In this document: piece after piece, positions 36,811 through 39,580 of the stretch
Layout of the letters: each line of letters starts with the position of its first letter
How positions within the stretch are numbered: position 1 is the first letter of the stretch
Source of the DNA: Candidatus Roizmanbacteria bacterium
GTDB lineage: Bacteria > Patescibacteriota > Microgenomatia > UBA1406
Reading direction: 5' to 3'
NCBI GenBank assembly: GCA_024654535.1
Contig: JANLHL010000038.1
Location: 1 to 39,580 of the forward strand
Length of the DNA: 39,580 bases
Made by a program: the position numbers and the translations under genes
The notes under the pieces: model-generated
The model's database searches: none
What the model was told of the DNA's origin: nothing
The model's input: only the letters and a program-made list of their open reading frames with translations

Positions 36811-37309
36811 GGTGTGTTGCATATTTTCTGCCAAGAATAAAAAGATAATCAGATAATCTATTAAAAAATGGAATGAATTTTTCAATGTTTCTATTTGTTT
36901 TTGCAAAGCTGCAATAAGAGCGCTCTAACGAACGTACTTTTGTTCGCACAAACTGACACCATGCCTCTATCTCGTTTTCGCCAGGAATAATGAATGAATT
37001 TTCGATAGGTGTCTGTTTCATTATTTTTTCATCTTCCAATTCAAGTTCATTTGTCCATTTTTGTATCTCGTGCTCAGGAATGAGTGATGCACCAGATAAT
37101 TCTCCCATGATACGATATATGTTTTTTTGGATTGTTGTAAGGATATCTTTTTCTTTCGATTCAGTGCGCATAGTTTTTAAAATACCCAACAATGACTGTA
37201 TTTCGTCATTTTCACCCAACAAACCAATTGTCGGCTCAGATTTATCTACGCGAGCTCTATTGAACAATGTTGTTACTCCCGCATCTCCTTTTTTTGTTGT
37301 GACTTTCAT
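36800..37309 (-). CDS. PduO-type cob(I)alamin adenosyltransferase family protein
   Basis: KVTTKKGDAGVT, G..DE, NRLSDYLF. Confidence 0.85.
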   Translation of the reverse strand: MKVTTKKGDAGVTTLFNRARVDKSEPTIGLLGENDEIQSLLGILKTMRTESKEKDILTTIQKNIYRIMGELSGASLIPEHEIQKWTNELELEDEKIMKQTPIENSFIIPGENEIEAWCQFVRTKVRSLERSYCSFAKTNRNIEKFIPFFNRLSDYLFILGRKYATHHEI

Positions 37310-37689
37310 TGGTTAAAAAATATATTGTACCATTGAATATAGGTTGGCTGAACGTGTGAAGTTTGTTTTGGAGCTTCGGTAGGAGTAGGAAATGAGCCCA
37401 CCACAATAATTTCTCCCTTTTTTGCGAGCGTTAATTCTCGTGCGTGTTTTTCTATATATTCTGGTGTTTTAGCCTGTTTTAATTTGAGCAATAACCTATT
37501 TTTTTCTTTCTGACTTTCAAGTTCTTGTATGTGTAATTTTGCAAGTGCCTGAGTTCTGTTGTGGTACTGAATGGTCAATCTGACTATTCCAACAATAAGA
37601 GTAATGGTGAAAAAGGAAAATATAATAAAGAACAAGAGGTTCCCTTTATTGTATTGCCTTTTATGTAAATGTTTGTTATTATAGGACAT
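37306..37689 (-). CDS. FtsL/DivIC-like septum formation initiator
   Basis: Short N-tail, TM, coiled coil, YIEK.AR.L.L.K.GE. Start could be 37689 or 37695. Confidence 0.75.
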   Translation of the reverse strand: MSYNNKHLHKRQYNKGNLLFFIIFSFFTITLIVGIVRLTIQYHNRTQALAKLHIQELESQKEKNRLLLKLKQAKTPEYIEKHARELTLAKKGEIIVVGSFPTPTEAPKQTSHVQPTYIQWYNIFFNQ

Positions 37690-38562
37690 ATGCATAATGA
37701 GAGTATCGTTTTCAGTGAGTACCTGGAAAAATTTATAGCACACCTGAAGGAGAAAGGCAAATCTGCCTACACAGTCGTGGCGTATAAAAAAGATATTGAG
37801 CAGTTCTTGGGTTTTTTGGCTAAAAAACAAGTAACTGTGATTACAGAGGTAAGAAAAGAGGAAATACAGCTTTTTATAGAAGGGCTTATGAAAGATGGGT
37901 ACACAAAGAAATCTGCATCACGTAAACTTAATTCAATAAGGACATTCTATCGGTTTTTGAAGAATGAGAATGTTATCACTATTAATCCGGCACTTGATGT
38001 AGCACATCCTCGATTTGAAAGCAGTGCTCCACGAATTTTGAGTAAGCTTGAATATCGTGCTTTACGTGACTACGCACGAGGCGATAAAAGAACGTATGCT
38101 ATCATTGAACTATTTTTACAGACGGGTCTTCGCATAGGTGAACTTGCCGATATTCGAATCGCCAACGTGCAGGTAGATACTTTGATTGTCGGTGAATATG
38201 GGAAAAATGAAAATAGAAGCATACAGTTAAATAAATTAGCAAAAAGAGCCATCGCTGAATACATTAAAGTACGTCCAGAAGCTACAGGAGAAGATCATCT
38301 CTTTATTACAAAAAATAAAAAACCCTTATTAATTAGGAACATCAGGAATTTGGTGGATCGTTGTTTTAGAGAAGTAGGTATAGAGGGAGCGAAGGTAAAT
38401 GATCTTCGCAATACCTTTATTGCTCATCAACTTGCCGCAGGGGTTCCTATTGCCTATGTATCAAAAGTAGTTGGTCATAAACGTTTATCTTCTACGGAAT
38501 CATTTTTAGATTTGGTGAAGTCAGAACAACCAGCCTCGCAAGTAAAGCTAAACGAACTTTAA
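37690..38562 (+). CDS. XerC/D-like tyrosine recombinase-family protein with a degenerate active site
   Basis: SAM-like N-domain (T...Y..D...F), RKL.SIR.FY, TGLRIGE, NDLRNTF, VGHKRLSSTESF. Confidence 0.88.
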   Translation: MHNESIVFSEYLEKFIAHLKEKGKSAYTVVAYKKDIEQFLGFLAKKQVTVITEVRKEEIQLFIEGLMKDGYTKKSASRKLNSIRTFYRFLKNENVITINPALDVAHPRFESSAPRILSKLEYRALRDYARGDKRTYAIIELFLQTGLRIGELADIRIANVQVDTLIVGEYGKNENRSIQLNKLAKRAIAEYIKVRPEATGEDHLFITKNKKPLLIRNIRNLVDRCFREVGIEGAKVNDLRNTFIAHQLAAGVPIAYVSKVVGHKRLSSTESFLDLVKSEQPASQVKLNEL

Positions 38563-38622
38563 TTTGTCATCATGATCTCCGACTCCCTTCTTTTGCTTTA
38601 AGCACGTGCTATACTTTCATTC

Positions 38623-39580
38623 ATGGTCGATGCGTATCGAAAAATGCTTATTTTTTTCTTATTTATTCTTTACTCGCTTTTCGTAGTCGAGTTATTTAAA
38701 AAAAGCATTGTTGCTGGGAACTATTATAGAAGACTATCTTCGGACAACTCGGTTCAGTCAGTCCCTATAAGCGCACCACGAGGTATTTTTTATGATAAAA
38801 ATGGCCTACCGTTAGTAAAGAACGAAAAAAAGTCAAATAAAAACACTCGTACTTATATATATGGAAACGAATATGCCCATATTCTGGGATATGTGGGCTT
38901 GCCAGATGAAAAATCACTAAAAGATATTTCATGCGGCACAAAGGCATCGAGTACACAATTTGTTGGGGTATATGGACTTGAAAAAACGTTCGAATGTAAA
39001 TTACGTGGAAAGCCTGGTTGGCAATATGTAGAAACAGATGCCCGAGGCGTACAACAAGCAGAGCTTGCAAAAGATCCACCCACTGCTGGTTCGGATATTC
39101 ACCTCACATTTGATACTGATTTACAAAAAGTGGCAAGAAAAGCATTTGGTAGTTTAATTGGCGCAGCAATAGCGAGCAATCCAAATACTGGAGAAGTATA
39201 TATGTTGTATTCTTCTCCTTCATTTGATCCAAATACCCTTTTGAGCAATGCAAATGAGTATGCTTCTCTATCTTCAGATATAAAAAAACCATTGCTTAAC
39301 AGAGCACTACTGGGAACATACCCGCCGGGGTCAGTTATAAAACCACTCATAGCGTTAGGAGCACTTGAAGATGGCATTATAGATACAAGTACAGAATTTG
39401 AAGACACGGGGGTACTGCGAATAGGAGATACATCTTTTGGTAACTGGTATTTTCTTCAATATGGAAAGAAAGAGGGAATGGTAAATGTTCGCAAAGCACT
39501 TGCTCGTTCGAATGATATATTTTTCTATCAAATAGGTAAAAAGAGTGGAATTGAACGGATGCATTCATGGTTTACCCAAT
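38623..39580 (+). CDS. mrdA: Penicillin-binding protein 2 (partial, runs off the window)
   Basis: Hand translation MVDAYRK...TM...APRGIFYDKNG...AHILGYVG...YPPGSVIK (SxxK)...ARSND (SxD). Confidence 0.9.
   Translation, partial: MVDAYRKMLIFFLFILYSLFVVELFKKSIVAGNYYRRLSSDNSVQSVPISAPRGIFYDKNGLPLVKNEKKSNKNTRTYIYGNEYAHILGYVGLPDEKSLKDISCGTKASSTQFVGVYGLEKTFECKLRGKPGWQYVETDARGVQQAELAKDPPTAGSDIHLTFDTDLQKVARKAFGSLIGAAIASNPNTGEVYMLYSSPSFDPNTLLSNANEYASLSSDIKKPLLNRALLGTYPPGSVIKPLIALGALEDGIIDTSTEFEDTGVLRIGDTSFGNWYFLQYGKKEGMVNVRKALARSNDIFFYQIGKKSGIERMHSWFTQ

Noticed and set aside
38765-39568. Several short minus-strand ORFs
   Set aside because: Antisense to the open mrdA frame, which the track missed because it has no stop in the window.

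Overview
Two-part window from a small, AT-rich bacterial genome. The gene inventory and style suggest Patescibacteria/CPR, possibly Microgenomates (inference, not verified). (1) Bases ~1-9955 are the right-hand part of an integrative, probably mobilisable element: a leading-region-like block (large hairpin, radC/JAB, DUF2958, a 52-aa ORF, duplicated hairpins), a compact PEP-utiliser-like gene, a replication-relaxation protein, a VirD4/TraD-like coupling ATPase, a putative two-gene defence cargo (Abi-alpha/DUF4393-like plus RxxxxH HEPN), an XRE regulator with an operator, and a large serine recombinase whose ORF runs antisense through tRNA-Ser(GGA). (2) Bases ~10100-39580 are host chromosome: PfkB kinase-ahcY, DEAD-box helicase, five NUDIX hydrolases, GT-C, folC, ddl, rpe, rpiB, metG, tmRNA-smpB, uppP, glmS, PduO, an FtsL/DivIC-like gene, a Xer-like gene, partial mrdA and four more tRNAs. 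Most notable observations: an expanded, variant glmS ribozyme carrying three related hairpins; a pervasive leaderless promoter architecture with very tight divergent gene pairs; a four-helix-bundle gene between tRNA-Phe and tRNA-Gly with three heptamer tracts that can pair in alternative ways; a Xer-like protein with Phe in place of the catalytic Tyr; tRNA-Ile(UAU); and a 25-aa tmRNA tag. All family calls are by motif recognition, without database searches.
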